NCBI GenBank assembly: GCA_037969255.1
Contig: JBBKXB010000021.1
Location: 1-41,318 of the forward strand
DNA length: 41,318 bases
Source: Bdellovibrionales bacterium
GTDB taxonomy: Bacteria; Pseudomonadota; Alphaproteobacteria; Micavibrionales; JBBKXB01
Direction of reading: 5' to 3'
Shown here piece by piece: positions 38,413-41,318 of this stretch. Within the stretch, counting starts at the first letter, position 1; the number at the start of each line of letters is the position of its first letter. Both the position numbers and the translations under genes were made by a program. The notes beneath the pieces were generated by a model. That model ran no database searches. It saw only the letters and a program-made list of their open reading frames with translations, and was not told the DNA's origin.

Positions 38413-39279
38413 ATGAAAGAATTGAATTTAACCCATAGGGCACCCATTATCCATCTTGTGTCTGATGCCACGGGAGGCACTTTACAAGGACTCACGCGGG
38501 CATGCCTCACGCAATTTGAATTGAGTGAGCTCCCCATAGAACGTTTTTGGAATTTGATCCGTAGTGAGGAACAACTCGATAGCGTGATTGAAAACATCAT
38601 CAATAGCCCAGGGCTTGTCTTATACACTTTGGTGGATGATAAGTTGGCTAAAAAACTCAAAAAAGCTTGCCGTGCAAAAGACATTCCGTGCGTTTCTGTA
38701 CTTGAACCGATTTTAAAAGGTCTATCGGGCTTTTTCAAAAAAGAAGTGGCTGGGCGTCCAGGGGGACAATACCGTCTTGATAAAGATTATTTTGATCGTA
38801 TGGATTCGCTTGATTTTGCGCTCCATTATGATGACGGACAAATGATTAAGGGCATCGAGGAAGCCGATGTCATTTTGGTGGGCTGTTCACGCACATCCAA
38901 AACACCGACATCCGTTTATTTGGCGCATCGCGGGGTCAAGGCCGCCAATATTCCATTCGTGCCTAATGTGCCATTCCCACGCGAAATCGCGAGCATGAAA
39001 CAACCGCTTATCGTTGGGTTAACAGAGTCACCCACCCGATTGGCCGAAGTGCGCCGCGCCCGTTTAAAAACCGAGGATGGAAGCGTCGATCCTCGTCTTC
39101 AAGATTCTGCCTATTTGGATCTCGAGCATGTGGAACAAGAAATGCGTGCCGCGCGCCGTTTATATAGCGAGTATGAATGGCCGATGATTGATGTGACGCG
39201 CCGTTCGGTGGAAGAAACTGCGGCTGAAATTATGACGTTGTTAACCATGCATCGCCCAGAATTGAGGTTTTTAGCATGA
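38413..39279 (+). CDS. ppsR: PEP synthase/PPDK regulatory protein (kinase-pyrophosphorylase, DUF299)
   Basis: HLVSDATGGT, HYDDG, LVGCSRTSKTPTSVYLA, IDVTRRSVEETAA. Confidence 0.93.
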   Translation: MKELNLTHRAPIIHLVSDATGGTLQGLTRACLTQFELSELPIERFWNLIRSEEQLDSVIENIINSPGLVLYTLVDDKLAKKLKKACRAKDIPCVSVLEPILKGLSGFFKKEVAGRPGGQYRLDKDYFDRMDSLDFALHYDDGQMIKGIEEADVILVGCSRTSKTPTSVYLAHRGVKAANIPFVPNVPFPREIASMKQPLIVGLTESPTRLAEVRRARLKTEDGSVDPRLQDSAYLDLEHVEQEMRAARRLYSEYEWPMIDVTRRSVEETAAEIMTLLTMHRPELRFLA

Positions 39280-39848
39280 GCAAAGTCATTGGTATTACAG
39301 GACTAATTGGTACAGGAAAATCCACGATAGCCTCTATTTTACAAGGGTTGGGCGCACCTGTGCATGACGCCGATGCCATTGTTCACATGCTTTATGAAGA
39401 TAAGGCTATAACAACATTAATCGCAAATGAATTTGATATGGACGAGGCGACATTGACCCGTGAAAAATTGATGGATTCATTAAGAAATGACGCTAAAAAG
39501 CGCGCTAAGTTAGAAGGCATACTTCACCCACTTGTGCGCCAATCGCAATTAGACTTTCTTCTTGTGAATAAAGACAAAAAAATATGTGTGTTGGATGTGC
39601 CATTATTATTTGAGACCAAAGCAGATGCGATATGTGATGAAGTGTGGGTCACGACATGTTCACGGGACACGCAAAAAGAGCGTGTTTTAAAAAGAACAGG
39701 ATTCACGGCGGAAAAATTTGACACGATTTTGGCGTGGCAAGGGGGCGATACGTGGAAAAAAGAGCTCGCCACGCATGTGATTGATACGGATTTGCCAATG
39801 AGTGAGCTTGAAGAGCACGTACATAGGCTGTTAGGATCATGTTCATGA
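39276..39848 (+). CDS. coaE: Dephospho-CoA kinase
   Basis: IGITGLIGTGKST, DADAIVH, LEGILHPLV, LDVPLLFE. Confidence 0.96.
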   Translation: MSKVIGITGLIGTGKSTIASILQGLGAPVHDADAIVHMLYEDKAITTLIANEFDMDEATLTREKLMDSLRNDAKKRAKLEGILHPLVRQSQLDFLLVNKDKKICVLDVPLLFETKADAICDEVWVTTCSRDTQKERVLKRTGFTAEKFDTILAWQGGDTWKKELATHVIDTDLPMSELEEHVHRLLGSCS

Positions 39849-40528
39849 GAGAAATTATTTTCGATACCGAAACCACAGGGTTTGAACCTAGTGAAGGTCA
39901 CCGCATTATTGAGATCGGTTGCATTGAAATGATTGATGGTTTAGTCACGGATAATACATATCATGTGTATCTTAACCCAGAGCGTGATGTGCCAGCCGAC
40001 GCGGTGGCCGTTCATGGCATTACAAACGAATATTTAAGAAATAAGCCCGTTTTTGCCGAAGAAGTGGGCAATTTCCTTGATTTCATAGGTGAAGATAGCA
40101 TTTTAGTGGCGCATAATGCCAAATTTGATATGAATTTCGTCAATTATGAGCTAAATACTCTCGGATTTGATCCAATATCGAACAAAAGGGTGGTTGATAC
40201 GCTCCAAATCGCCCGAGAGAAATTCCCTGGATCGCCAGCGTCTTTGGATGCGTTGTGCCGCCGTTTTGAAATTGATAATTCGAACCGTGACCTTCATGGC
40301 GCTCTTTTGGACGCCGAATTATTGGCCGAAGTGTATATTGAACTGTCGGGCGGTAAACAACGCGCGCTTGAACTAACAGCCGATATAAAAAATAATGATA
40401 AGGGTGTTGTGACGCAAAAACGCGTACAGCGTACGTCTCATATTATTGTGTTATCGGACGACCAGAAGAAAGCACATGACGATTATCTTGAAAGCTTTGA
40501 CAGCCCACTATGGCGCAACCAAGATTAA
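39845..40528 (+). CDS. dnaQ: DNA polymerase III subunit epsilon
   Basis: MREIIFDTETTG, AHNAKFD, SLDALC, HGALLDAELLAEVY; ATGA overlap with coaE. Confidence 0.97.
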   Translation: MREIIFDTETTGFEPSEGHRIIEIGCIEMIDGLVTDNTYHVYLNPERDVPADAVAVHGITNEYLRNKPVFAEEVGNFLDFIGEDSILVAHNAKFDMNFVNYELNTLGFDPISNKRVVDTLQIAREKFPGSPASLDALCRRFEIDNSNRDLHGALLDAELLAEVYIELSGGKQRALELTADIKNNDKGVVTQKRVQRTSHIIVLSDDQKKAHDDYLESFDSPLWRNQD

Positions 40529-41318
40529 CGTTTTAAAATAGCTTTCATGCGATCTTGTGAGGCTTGCGTTTTCATCAATGTCACAAATCCATCACATTCG
40601 GCGTCCCACATAGCGTCTTCATCAGGCGCCGAAAGGATATTAATGAGCGTTTGCCCAATAAGACGATCATGACTCGTCAAATCAGCATTTTTAAGCCAGT
40701 CATTCATGACACGTATGTCTTGGGTCGTGGCTTGTGTGAACAAACGTTTCTCAGGCAACGCCGTGCGCAAAGCAATCATTTTGGCACGTGATAACAATAA
40801 ATCGCGGTTCATAACGATGGGATCAGTGTCGCCCATAAAACCTTTTATTTTAGCGTCAAGCGCGGAGCCTGATGTCCATTGAGTGAGGATGGTCTTTAGC
40901 GCCTCAGGCGCGCCCATACGGCGCATCGCCTCTACACAGCCACCCCATGCAGGCACCACGCCAACACGTGGCTCAACAAGGCCAATATTGGTCTCGCTGT
41001 GGGCAATGAGCGCGGTTGAATGGAGCGCGAGTTCGCACGCACCGCCCATGACATAGCCATTGAGAGCCGAGATGATAGGAATGGGCGCAAGGCGTACGCC
41101 TTTTATGACGTCTTGACCACGTTTGACAAAGCTGGAAAGCCCGTCCCAATTCTTTGCCTCGGCTAAATTTAAAAAGCGTTCGATATTGGCGCCCGCTGAG
41201 AAATGGTCGCCGTCCGTGGCAATCACCAACGCGTCATGGTCATGCGTGATGGCAAATTCAAGCAAGTCACAAATGCCCGTATCAACAATATTCATTTTGG
41301 TATTGAACGATAATAATG
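40525..41318 (-). CDS. C-terminal enoyl-CoA hydratase domain of a FadN-like 3-hydroxyacyl-CoA dehydrogenase; 5' end off window
   Basis: Frame stays open to the window edge (LLSFNTKMN); FSAGANI, MGGACEL, IGLVE..VGVVPAWGG. Confidence 0.88.
   Translation of the reverse strand, partial: LLSFNTKMNIVDTGICDLLEFAITHDHDALVIATDGDHFSAGANIERFLNLAEAKNWDGLSSFVKRGQDVIKGVRLAPIPIISALNGYVMGGACELALHSTALIAHSETNIGLVEPRVGVVPAWGGCVEAMRRMGAPEALKTILTQWTSGSALDAKIKGFMGDTDPIVMNRDLLLSRAKMIALRTALPEKRLFTQATTQDIRVMNDWLKNADLTSHDRLIGQTLINILSAPDEDAMWDAECDGFVTLMKTQASQDRMKAILKR

Noticed and set aside
1-41318. CRISPR array, tRNA/rRNA genes, prophage
   Set aside because: No regularly spaced repeats, cloverleaf-like genes or phage hallmark proteins seen; intergenic spaces are short and largely explained.

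Overview
Compact, origin-proximal chromosomal region of an alphaproteobacterium. The gene set and the orphan genes are loosely reminiscent of Micavibrio-like lineages, but that placement is only an inference. The core backbone is a partial Crp/Fnr regulator, rpmI-rplT, secB/tim44/mltA, a WaaL-like ligase, mscL, smr, a candidate oriC upstream of hemE (DnaA-box variants plus 7 GANTC sites), hemE-hemH-hemJ-rho-mnmE-mnmG-rsmG-parA-parB with three perfect parS palindromes, holA-lptE-leuS, a CPA1 antiporter, a porin, yggS-ppsR-coaE-dnaQ and a partial FadN-like gene. The main discovery is a dispersed family of at least seven small (about 100-165 aa) Gly/Ala-rich membrane-protein genes. Six are slotted, antisense, between the essential hem/rho/mnm genes and one lies at 11.5 kb. 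Four share a helix motif H-x6-[GA]-x3-[GA]-L-[GA]-[LT]-P, two share an N-terminus M-[EK]-Q-[IV]-x-K-[DN]-R-I-S-T, and five carry a near-identical TTGACATA promoter 51-62 nt upstream of the ATG. Two contain glycine-zipper tracts built almost entirely from NNT codons, and one is bracketed by 14-bp perfect inverted repeats. They may be a co-regulated arsenal of glycine-zipper toxins or effectors, which is untested. Other points of interest are an apparent ~24 kb inversion that separates hemE/oriC from ppsR, an MscL with a histone-H1-like tail, tandem DnaA boxes inside leuS, and an 8-repeat DnaJ-type zinc-finger membrane protein. I saw no rRNA, tRNA, CRISPR array, transposase or integrase.
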